From Nemertoderma westbladi (Eukaryota; Animalia; Xenacoelomorpha): DNA of 37,092 nucleotides. The stretch is taken from positions 1 through 37,092 of the forward strand of contig JAUCBJ010001881.1 in assembly GCA_032718475.1 (NCBI GenBank). The letters run 5' to 3'. Both the position numbers and the translations under genes were made by a program. The notes beneath the pieces were generated by a model. It worked only from the letters and a program-made list of their open reading frames with translations, was not told where the DNA came from and did no database searches. This document shows positions 12,706-22,565 of the stretch, piece after piece (within the stretch, counting starts at the first letter, position 1; every line of letters starts with the position of its first letter).

Positions 12706-13087
12706 TAATTCAACCTATCAATTAGCTACGGTATTTAGGGTAGGCTACCGTTACACCGGTACAACACAGTAAAATGAGAGGAAGTGATACAGTATACCGG
12801 GTGTAACTGTAACGAACCTAACTCATTTGCTGTGCCCTAACGGGACGCTACTGATTTCCACCAGCCGTAAAAACAATTCTTACCCGCCGCATAAAGTTAT
12901 GCATTATATATATCCTCTTCTACCTACCGAGTTACATAATATTTCCATTTCGAAAAATAGTCATTTATTGAATTATAAATATTTAAAACTCTGTGTAGGC
13001 CTGTGGAATGGGATCGGAATCAGTCAGAGTCCTGCCCCCGCACCCATTACAATAATAATTATTAACTTAATAATATTTTTGACTTAC

Positions 13088-13187
13088 CTGGGTACATAAA
13101 TATTTGGACTCCTTGCCGGTCGCAGTTCTGGGTGCACCATGTACAACATATGGGGGAACCCGGTGCCAAAGTAAGCTCCGTCAATAT
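13088..13187 (-). CDS. CSNK2B: casein kinase II beta, coding exon 4
   Basis: (H)[32 protein letters not shown](R); donor AG|GTAAGT; the acceptor is AC with an upstream U12 branch point. Confidence 0.96.
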
Positions 13188-13274
13188 GTAAAAACAGATG
13201 GTTAAGGAAAAATATCGTAGTTCGAATTATCAGGATTATAATTATCAGAATTATAAGGAATATATTATTGTAAC

Positions 13275-13740
13275 GCCTAGACTTTATTGTATGAATATTA
13301 GCAGTTTATCAAAAATGGAGACCATCTGGAAATCAGTCCTCAACGACTCTACCTGAACGCAGACTACGATTCAGTGGACACTGCTTGAGAAGTAAGGACT
13401 GGGTCATACCAGATCTACTTTTGGGGACAGAGTAAAGCGCGGATCCGGATTCTACATTTAACATTGTCCCTACGGAAGTCGATTTTTTTTACATTTTTAT
13501 AACACCCAAAAATAAAAATATAACCTGTTCTATTGACTTTAGTTTATTGCTTTGGTTAAAATAATCTGCCACTGTAACCTGCTCCTTTCCCTTAATTGAT
13601 AATTTTGGAATCCGGATCCGCGTTTTAGACCTACCCCTACTTTTGTAACGCAACACAAGGAAAGCGTAGCTGTGGACGACCTGATGTAACATATATAGAC
13701 CAACTTGAAAGCGTTACTGGACTATGGAGAATAGGAAAGG
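13275..13740 (+). mobile_element. 3' fragment of an RTE-type LINE, interrupted by a MITE
   Basis: Translates to RRLRFSGHCLRSKD...DLLL and, after the insert, QGKRSCGRPDVTYIDQLESVTG, paralleling the C-terminus of the RTE ORF at 31876-32940 (NRLRFAGHCFRR...NLVLW). Confidence 0.75.
13424..13636. mobile_element. small MITE with 9-bp TSD (Mutator-like)
   Basis: CTACTTTTG duplicated at 13415-13423 and 13637-13645; imperfect TIRs GGG...TAAAGCGCGGATCCGGATTC / GAATCCGGATCCGCGTTTTA...CCC. Confidence 0.85.
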
Positions 13741-14474
13741 CCACATTTCCATTGTCGGAGTTCAATCAGACAGTGTAAGTTGTATGAATATTAAAAACGA
13801 CTAAACGAGAGTGTTTAAGATATTCATGAATAGGATATTCCCATTATTTATCCACAGACACTAACCCAATCGCATCCTTTTGACAGTATTACGTACGATA
13901 CAATGTTATTGAGATCGATTGCGAATGAACTCGTTAAGAAAAAAGAGTATTAGCTAGAGTAGTATCTATAATTACAAAACTCCGCCGGCGGAGGGACATT
14001 ACTCTTTCTGGGAAAACAGTTAGGATAAGAAGATTATTCAAAGAAGCCCGTAATGCTGGTCGGGTGGGTTATAATGAACATAAGATATATCCTACTGCGA
14101 AGGTGTAATTTGAATGTGGTAATAATTAGGTAAAACTTAGGAAGTACAGAAGTAATTAGGTGTCTGTATGTTGCATGTTGTCACGCCCCAGGAAGCAATT
14201 GACGTAAAGAATCCGTGCGCACGATAATAAGGGACACGAATTTAAAGTAAAATTAATTATTACAACAGTGATATCTGTACAGAGTGGGCTTGGTAGTAAA
14301 CCACTAAAGGTGTCGCGATTAATTTGAGTGAGGGAGATATTTATATGGTGGAAGCGGAAACTATCGGCTGTTACAATAACAACAACTTATCTTCTAGTTT
14401 GTATTTACAAGTAGAAGTTGAAATCAGAGTGCATTCATTTATAGGTGAAGTAAAGTGAAGTTTTCTTCGCCTGT

Positions 14475-14670
14475 TAATAATAATAAGTTAGGCCAGGGAT
14501 TACGCACAAAGTCTGACTGCGACTTGTGCGGTCCCCCCAGAACTATACTCCCCAGAGGTAGATGGTTCACATCTAGAATGGAAGGCATAGATGCGCCCTG
14601 GCTGGTTCCTTTAAAGCATTAGAAATCGAACCTGGCCCGCTTGCAGGGAATGAACCCAAGACCTCCGGAG
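14475..14670 (-). mobile_element. 5'-truncated tRNA-derived SINE-like element
   Basis: Minus strand: B-box-like GGAGGTCTTGGGTTCATTCCC, a 3' hairpin CGCACAAGTC-gcagtca-GACTTTGTGCG and a short (TTA)n tail. Confidence 0.55.
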
Positions 14671-15074
14671 AAGATAATACAACGGATTTAAAAACAAGTG
14701 CTATGAAACCATATTTAGTAATTCACAACACACAAAGAGAAAATCGAGTCCAATCATTCACTCTCTGATGGGGTCATGCTATAAATAGAAGACGCCACAC
14801 TTAAACTAAAACAAGCACTAAAATTTAGACACAAAAAGTACCAAACCATAAAAATTATTAAAATTTCACAAAAACGATAAACGTTTAACTAAAGTAAAAC
14901 CAGTTGTAATGTAATATTAAACTTTGGAAAAGAAAATATTTTTGAATGTCTAACACGATAAATAAAACACTAAAAAATAGAGTGCACTTAAAAGGGTTGT
15001 TCATAAATGACGTCACGGCCAATGGGGTGGGGAAATTGGGAGAGTGAGAAAAGCTGAAGTTATATAATATCGAG

Positions 15075-16085
15075 TTAATTATTACAACAATCAATATTAG
15101 ATATTTCGGATGATTTCACTGATGTATGCGGCACGTGAGTGGCAAAGTGTTTTCTAAGAGTATTTATAGCGAGTCTACTAATATTGTGATCATCTTGTTC
15201 TCTCCGCAGAGCATCTTCTAACTCCTTTATATCAACCTTCAACTTATCGACTACCACCATATGGGTGAAGCTTAACGACTCTCGAACATTCTTTAAATCT
15301 AATTCGTGACGTTTCGTTATATTAGTTAGTTTTAAACTCAGTTTGTCTGTCTGTGTCAATGAGTTCGTGAGTTCGGTGTTGGCTTTAGATAATCGGGATT
15401 GTAATTCTTCAACATTATTGCGGAAATGCTCCAACTCTTTCTGCCGCAGTTCAGCGCTTTTATTGATTACTTTAGATTGTTTCTCCAATTCGCGGGATTT
15501 GGCGCCACTTTCTCGATTTTTCCTTATCGATTTCACCAATTTACTATTTCTGTCTTCCAGTAAATCCGTGGTTTGTTTTAATTGGCGCTCTAACTCGGAT
15601 ACCTTAGCGACGAGCTCCCTATTGGTTGTTACTAAGGACTTGTTTACATCACTTAACGACGTATAATGACGTCGCAATGCGTGCAGCTCCGCGGGCGACC
15701 ATATAGACCAGTCGTGGTTGTCGGGTTGCAGTGCGTGACGTCGCCCTGGGAACTGAGTTTTCACTGACCTCCGTTTAACTTTTGTAACCCGACATGCCGG
15801 CTCGGCATCCGTCGTAACATCTACGGTTTGGGTGTCGCGAGGAATCGATTTACTTCCTGGTGGGTAAAATCTATCAATTTTTTTCAGTATTTCGTAGAGT
15901 TCCTTGGTTTCCTCATTATCGACGGAGGCCGGAGTGGTTTTCCCGTCCGCGGGAACGTAGAATTCGGATAACGAGGTGTCGATTTTATGCGCGAAATCCT
16001 CCAAACTGTATTGGTAAGTCGGAGCGAAGAGTTTCCCGATCCAATTAGAATCATATTCTGTGATGCCATCAGTTTCGTTTGCCAT
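15075..16085 (-). CDS. single-exon coiled-coil protein, CCDC160-like (336 aa)
   Basis: Intact ORF with a long C-terminal coiled coil. N-terminal W..LFAP..S.ED, central W...EL..LR and C-terminal A...LRKHF resemble CCDC160 as I recall it; not verified by search. Confidence 0.65.
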   Translation of the reverse strand: MANETDGITEYDSNWIGKLFAPTYQYSLEDFAHKIDTSLSEFYVPADGKTTPASVDNEETKELYEILKKIDRFYPPGSKSIPRDTQTVDVTTDAEPACRVTKVKRRSVKTQFPGRRHALQPDNHDWSIWSPAELHALRRHYTSLSDVNKSLVTTNRELVAKVSELERQLKQTTDLLEDRNSKLVKSIRKNRESGAKSRELEKQSKVINKSAELRQKELEHFRNNVEELQSRLSKANTELTNSLTQTDKLSLKLTNITKRHELDLKNVRESLSFTHMVVVDKLKVDIKELEDALRREQDDHNISRLAINTLRKHFATHVPHTSVKSSEISNIDCCNN

Positions 16086-16448
16086 TGGCTGATGTAGCAG
16101 TGCCGAATATTCGATTTAAATAAAGTATTTTAATTTATTCTACCGGTACTAATCAAACTCCAAAGGATATAGCGCAATGGGAATAGGGTGAGCACGCGAC
16201 AGGTAAGGTTGGTAGCTTGGTACCGGTACTGTTACTGGTATTCTGTGCTTTTATATTGGCATAGTTGTCGGTTGCCTGGCAATCAATTTCAAACCAAAGA
16301 CAATACAGTTTGGCGGGATATTTAACTTTGAAACAGTTGGGCTGGGTACTGGGAATAAATTGCAGTACTTACTACAGTCGACAGTTTACAGTAGTGGTAC
16401 CAGAGCTACAAGCTACCGAATTCTGGTGATAAGAGATATGAATTAATA
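16086..16448. promoter_or_regulatory. putative bidirectional promoter between the CCDC160-like gene and PIG-W
   Basis: 363 bp between divergent ATGs; RFX X-box-like GTTGCCTGGCAAT at 16271-16283; E2F-like TTTGGCGGGA at 16309-16318. Confidence 0.55.
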
Positions 16449-17289
16449 ATGGTTCAATTTAAAGATGAAAGGGAGAGATTTGTGTCAAATTTAAGAGGAA
16501 CTACAATTGTCGAGATATTTCTACACATCGCAATTATTCCAGCATTGTTCCTCTTACAGTCTGCGGTGTCCACCACTCTACTACCACCGGTGCGATCCCA
16601 ATGGATTCACTTCGCAGTCGACTACCTATGTCTTAACGTGGCCCTCGCTCTAAGCGTCACCGTTCTAGCCGATAACATTGCGGAGCTGATCGGCTTCACG
16701 GTAGTCGTATCGATGTTTCTCCTGTGCGTCCAGCGGTTATTCATAACCGACCGTAGGCTCGAGCCCTACCATGGAGGGGAGCTTCTCTACGCGGATATGA
16801 AGCAATCCATCTCGCGATTTAAATGCGGCGCCAATGTTATTACCTCGCTGTGTATCCTGGCCGTCGACTTTCCGATATTCCCCCGCCGACTCGCTAAAAC
16901 CGAGACCTACGGTACCGGGTTGATGGACTTCGGCGTGAGTTTTTTCGTCGTTTGTAACGGGATAGTCGCCCCTGAAGCCAGACCGAACAAGATCTCACGG
17001 CGGGAGGCCGTGGGTAAAGCGATAAATTCATCAGTGCCCCTCCTATTCCTCGGAATGATTCGCGTTGTGGCGTTAAAGACGGTCGATTACCAGGAACACG
17101 TGTCGGAATACGGAACTCATCTCAACTTCTTCTTTATATTAGCCGGAGTAAAGATAATCTCGAGTCTTATATTCACTGTATTCCAACTTTCCTGGGCTTT
17201 CCTCGTGGCCGTCAGTACCGCTATATTCCACGAGGTGGCGTTGGATTTCGGTATCCGTGACTACGTGCTTCTCACGGAGACCCGTTTAG
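16449..17289 (+). CDS. PIGW: PIG-W / GWT1 GPI inositol acyltransferase, exon 1
   Basis: Motifs FVSNLRGT, CILAVDFPIFPRRLAKTETYGTGLMDFGV and YQEHVSEYGTHLNFFF are characteristic of GWT1/PIG-W; ends ...TRL-G at TTTAG|GT. Confidence 0.95.
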
Positions 17290-17292
17290 GTC

Positions 17293-18079
17293 ACATGAGA
17301 GTAAAAACCCAAGCGATCATTTTGTGAACATCCAATGATATTGCCTGTTTTATAAATGCTTTAAGTTGTTATGGGATGTTCTGTTTGATTGGTTGTTATG
17401 TGATTTACTTGCTAATCTTGGTCAGTATTAAATACATTAAATCAACAAGCACTGATCAATGTGTACAGATATACAGTAGGAGTCAATATGTTTCACAGGG
17501 GGCATGATGATTTTCGAAAACATATCTTGGTAAATTAAAAGCACATCCCGGCGAATTAGCAATGATAATTATTAAGTGAGGGAAAGTATTATTTATATTA
17601 TATCTGTATTACATATTATTTACCTACATTAAATGTCCAGTTACTGCTCATCTGCTGTGTATTGTACGATATGACAGTATTTTACAAAGATTAAAGCTGT
17701 AAAGAGGCCTGGCCTCTACAGCTCTATCCTAGAACCTAGAGGAAGAGTCCATCAATTGTATTATAATCTTAAGTACATTCCTGCATTCTTTCATTATTAC
17801 GTCAGTCACTGCAAACAATCACTCATAGCGTCATTGGTAAGTGTGTTAGAGTCTGAGAGTACATGTAGAGCTACCGGCATACTGCTAATATTTAAATGTA
17901 AACTACTAAGTTACATTGATCGCTTGTTGATTTAGTGCATTTAATACTGGCCAAGATTAGCAAGTAAATCACACAACAACCAATCAAACAGAACATCCCA
18001 TAACAACTTAAAGCATTTATAAAACAGGCAATATCATTGGATGTTCACAAAATGATCGCTTGGGTTTTTACTCTCATGT
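17293..18079. mobile_element. non-autonomous DNA transposon with TIRs of about 165 bp and 9-bp TSD, inserted in the PIG-W CDS and forming the putative intron 17290-18085
   Basis: ACATGAGAGTAAAAACCCAAGCGATCATTTTGTGAAC... at 17293 is the near-perfect reverse complement of the sequence ending at 18079; GTTTAGGTC at 17284-17292 and 18080-18088. An alternative reading is CAC..GTG termini with a 7-bp TSD. Confidence 0.95.
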
Positions 18080-18085
18080 GTTTAG

Positions 18086-18600
18086 GTCTCCTCGACGCCA
18101 ATAGAGAAGGTCTCGTCGCTACTATGGGATACGTCGCCATCTACATCGCCGGAGTCTGGCTGGGTCGTCAGTTACTTAGCGCCCAGAATTTCTCCGGAGT
18201 TGTTAGTCGACTAGCTTGGACCTGTCTGTGGTCCACCTTGGCTTATATCTTAGTTGTGGAGAATATCGACGAGGTTTCCCGCAGGCTAGCCAACCTATCC
18301 TTTATAGTGGCTTCGATAATGCTCTCAGTTACAACAATATTTCTATTGACTTTCGTGAATATTATAGTTAAATCGACCTCGGCATTCCAACCACGCTCAT
18401 TGCTAGAAGACAGCGTTAATAGAAACGCCTTAGCTTATTTCCTATTAGCTAATTTGGGAACGGGTCTAGTAAATTTCCTTTTCGACACGATTTACACCAA
18501 AGATCATCACGCCTTCATAATTATCTCTATTTACATGTTTATTCTCAGTCTTATCATATTTTCTATGCATATGTCGAACATTTCCACTAAGTTCTGGTGA
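18086..18600 (+). CDS. PIGW: PIG-W / GWT1, exon 2 (joined protein 451 aa)
   Basis: GLLDANREG, VSRRLANLSF and NRNALAYFLLANLGTGLVN match the GWT1 domain; 841+515 nt = 452 codons in frame. Confidence 0.93.
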
Positions 18601-19652
18601 TGGTAAGCGTATATGTAAGAAAACATTAACAACGTATTGTATATATCATTTGTATATCAGTTCAATATCAAATAATGGAGGCTTATGGAAGCGTTAACAG
18701 CTAGCTGCAAGACAACATGGGGCGGTATTAACACACAGCGACTGGTGGATTCATTATCGGAATTGTAAACAGAACCAACAACATATAAGCCCAGACAGGA
18801 TGTTAGTTATCTTTATCTACCACCCCAGTCAGCCAACCAACTGATAAAACTATGTCAACATAATAGGTAGGAAGTTTGAGCTGCTGACATGTTGAATTAT
18901 TGGACTAGGTATTAATATTTGATTAGAGAATTGATTGCCTGTATCTCTATAAGATCTGTTCAAAGCCTGTTTAACAACTCACTTCTTGTGCAATTTAGTT
19001 TGATTCGGTATTCTATATAAATTAATATTGCCATATCTGTAGTTTATCATAAATTATTTCTTCCTAGAGTATCATTATTGCTGTACTTTAAAAATCAAAG
19101 CCCAATTGGCCAATTCCAAACCAATTGGAGTAGGTTATCTTATTTGTGGCAACGGAAAGAATCACCAACTGTATTTATTACTTATTTATTCTTCAGATTA
19201 ACCTATAGGCCTAATGTTGTTGACATTTATGTATATCATAGCGCGGTCAGAGCCAGATCAGCAAATACATATGGTCGATTTCCATTGAACCTTCATTGTA
19301 TGTCGCCTTTTCGTAGCAACAGATGACCTGCTACATCCATTTTATTAAATCCCAGCTGGAGGCGGAAGGAATTAAACGACGTTAAATTAATATTCAGGGG
19401 TCAATAAATATATGGAAATGTATTACTCTGAACGTGCTAACAAATCCAAGTAAATCATTAAATTATCCTTTTTGTGGCTTTTGTAGGTGATGTGTACTTA
19501 CAATCTATCAATTGCGACCTTTTTTGAGCGGATAGAGCCTAATCAATCAATCGAATTATAATAACGAATCCAATCAATTATACAATGTAAATAGGACAAT
19601 AAGATAATGCTCTCCATAGCGAAAAATATCAACCGGCCCTATTGGGGCTCGA

Positions 19653-19696
19653 ACCCGGTACCTAGGTTTCAAACTTCTGGTTATCATCAGCCGGGT
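19653..19696 (-). ncRNA. type I hammerhead ribozyme motif
   Basis: Minus strand: ACCCGG CTGATGA TAAC-CAGAA-GTTT GAAA CCTAGG TA CCGGGT. Perfect 6-bp stem I, both core boxes, short stem II, palindromic stem III (ACCTAGGT), predicted GUA cleavage between 19659 and 19658. Confidence 0.85.
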
Positions 19697-21857
19697 GATA
19701 TTTGATTCACCGCGTCACTCGCCCCACAACAATTCACTTATTATTATGAATCCAATCAATCGAATTATAATCACTAATCCAAGTGAATTTCTGTGAATTT
19801 CCATTAGATACCATTTTTTGTAAACCAATTGAATAATAATAATTGGCGATTCACTACCCCATTAACAGACGAGTGTGTGTTGCACAGCAGGGCTGTTTAT
19901 TACTTAACGAGGAAATTAATTTCTTCACTTTGGAAATTTGATGTACATTTATCGAGTTTTATGTATAGAAATGTTGAGCTCCACTCCAATCTACATAGAC
20001 AGTGATTTATTATGTTGCAATAGTTTACTTTTCAGTCCATATTACAAAAAATTGAGAATGTGATTATTAATTATTGTGTAAATGCGTTTTGAAATGGCAG
20101 TTACACATCAAATCCTCATGCAGTATTTAGGACGTTGATAGACACCATTAAAGTTAGTTACTTAGTTACTGAGACCTGACACTTCCCTATTCAGGACGCC
20201 GTGCCAAAGAGCTCTAAGTGGACTGAGAGACTTTATGATTCTGACTTTAGGACAGTCGTAATTAATTACATAGTTCTAGTCTGTGAAAAGAGCCATATAT
20301 CACAAGTTTTAAGTAATTTTTTTTTAATATTTGCAGCCTTTTATTGTAGGAGTACAAAAAATAAATAATAAATTAGAATATATTTTTTTACGCCAGGTTC
20401 ACAGTCACAGTTATTATTTATGTACTTATTGGTACTAGTTATTGCCTGTTGCTGAACCATTAACGGCTTATTAATTTATATTTTATTTACACTCTGCCAT
20501 ATCACCGAGGATCGGGGTACTCGAATTGACTTTCTTAGAACAGTGACCCCCGGGTAATGACCAGTCCACTATAGGGTGGGCCGTGGCCGTTCATATTGAA
20601 CCATAATACCATATTATTACACGAAATATATTGGACTATGAATTGGTTGGTATGCGGCGTCGAGCAATGTTTTTTCTTTCAATCAATTCATCACAACTTC
20701 CTTCAAACCTTATATTGTGACTGGACTTTTACTATTGAGATTTCTCACTCACTATTGAGATAGCGTGTATAAACAATATAATTTAATCGGATTTCACAGG
20801 TTCAGTTCCAAACATTTGATGTTGAATCTTTGCACTATGCATGTGATAGATTACCACGAACCACGACAATGCAAGAGTTCGGTTGAATCCTGGGTCAAGG
20901 ATGTAAAATGATAACTAAATAATAATATTATTGCATTGTACTAAATAACCTCTAGATATGAGACTAGGTCGGGATATTTCCATATCACTAAAGTTATTGT
21001 CAACGAAACTGTTTTGAGTTGGAGATAACATAAGTATATAACAGCAGGAGAGCTCATACTCGCACCAATGTGCCACTAATATAATCATCCTGTGCCCTGC
21101 CTATCACTATATATAATTCAATTGTTATCCATATCCAGTGTAGTTATTATATTAGAACCATATTTAGCCGGTTAGCAGTACTTAGCAACACTTTACAATA
21201 TATATATATATTATTTACTGAAGGATAGAATGTTTGGTTATATTTTACTTAGGAATTGATTTTTATTATTTAACGAAACGATTTATTCGGAAAATAGGAA
21301 GTAAATCAAACGATAAGCCGAAACTCAAACCGACCGATCGACTTAGCCATTACCCCGTCCAATTGACTTGCTGAAGTTTTAAGCCATTAACGAATTGCAA
21401 GAACACGACTCATACAAACTTCACTCACGCGTATCATCAAACAAACTACGTGCATTTGAATAAAGGAAAGCCCGGCCGGGTCACAGTCCATTTTTACATG
21501 TGCCGGTATCCCAAGCAATTCCTCGCAGCCAAATTGCAAATTAGATTACCCGGTTAACACGGGAGTTTTTAACTAACCTAACCGTAGCACGAGGCATTCA
21601 TTACGTTACAAAACAATCATTCAATATAAAGGTAAAGGGGACGTTATTTACAAGATTGTTTAAATATGTCAGCGAGATAACATTTAATTGGCTGCAAAGT
21701 GCAAATGTATCAGATAACAATTTATAAATATGATTGATTTCTTGAATACGTGGAAAATTATGTATAAATTGGAAAATATTCTCTATTGTAAAACATTTTG
21801 ATAGTCATTGCCGAATTTTTAACACGATTTGATTGGGTGATATTGAAAAATAACTAA

Positions 21858-22565
21858 ATGATGTACAGCGTTTTGTTGTCATTACTTGTTGCCATGGTAT
21901 CAACAACTGCGAGCGGTGAGAATGCCCCGGTATATATACGGCTAGTTAAACCGGATGCTGAGACCGCAGATGTGGAGTTTGTGGACGTCAAAGACCCGAT
22001 TACTGGCGACGTCATCGGAACAACCGCGGTGTTCGCCAACGAATCTGCCGTAGAACACAACTCTCTTAGAATTTCCTGTTTCACTCCGAGTCTAACAATG
22101 ATTAAAAGATTGATGGCATTGTATTATTTCAGCGATTTGGAAGGACCTTACCCGAATAACTTAAGAGACTTGACTGTTTATGGGAATAACCTTTCAACAA
22201 CATGGGAATTTAACGGAGTGCCTGTCTACGAGTGGATTCTAGGTATAGACGTGAAGCTCATTCGAGGTCGCTATTTCTACGTGTGCGGCGGTTACTCTAA
22301 TGAAACGTGGGTCTACTCGAGAGGGAAACACTATACAAACCAACCAAGGTATCGGGGGAACCAATCAAGGTATCAGGTAGTTCATGCAACCTTCCAAGAC
22401 TCAATGGAGAAAGAGCTAGATACGAGCGACAAAGATAAAAGTAAACCTAACAACCCAGCCGTTCAAAGGCTATACAATGAAGGGAACACTTTACAGCGAT
22501 GTTATTGGAGGAATGTTTTACTATCAATTCTTACACTATCTGTCTTTATTCTCTCGTATGAATAA
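21858..22565 (+). CDS. single-exon protein of unknown function with signal peptide and C-terminal hydrophobic tail (235 aa)
   Basis: Intact ORF; N-terminal MMYSVLLSLLVAMVSTTASG, C-terminal VLLSILTLSVFILSYE, several N-X-S/T sites; AATAAA overlaps the stop. Confidence 0.7.
   Translation: MMYSVLLSLLVAMVSTTASGENAPVYIRLVKPDAETADVEFVDVKDPITGDVIGTTAVFANESAVEHNSLRISCFTPSLTMIKRLMALYYFSDLEGPYPNNLRDLTVYGNNLSTTWEFNGVPVYEWILGIDVKLIRGRYFYVCGGYSNETWVYSRGKHYTNQPRYRGNQSRYQVVHATFQDSMEKELDTSDKDKSKPNNPAVQRLYNEGNTLQRCYWRNVLLSILTLSVFILSYE

Noticed and set aside
18037-18085. Separate start for a 187-aa second gene
   Set aside because: The N-terminal residues are read from the transposon TIR; the rest is PIG-W exon 2.
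19635-19726. Functional tRNA gene
   Set aside because: A/B-box-like motifs exist, but there is no acceptor stem or anticodon arm; the interval folds as a hammerhead.
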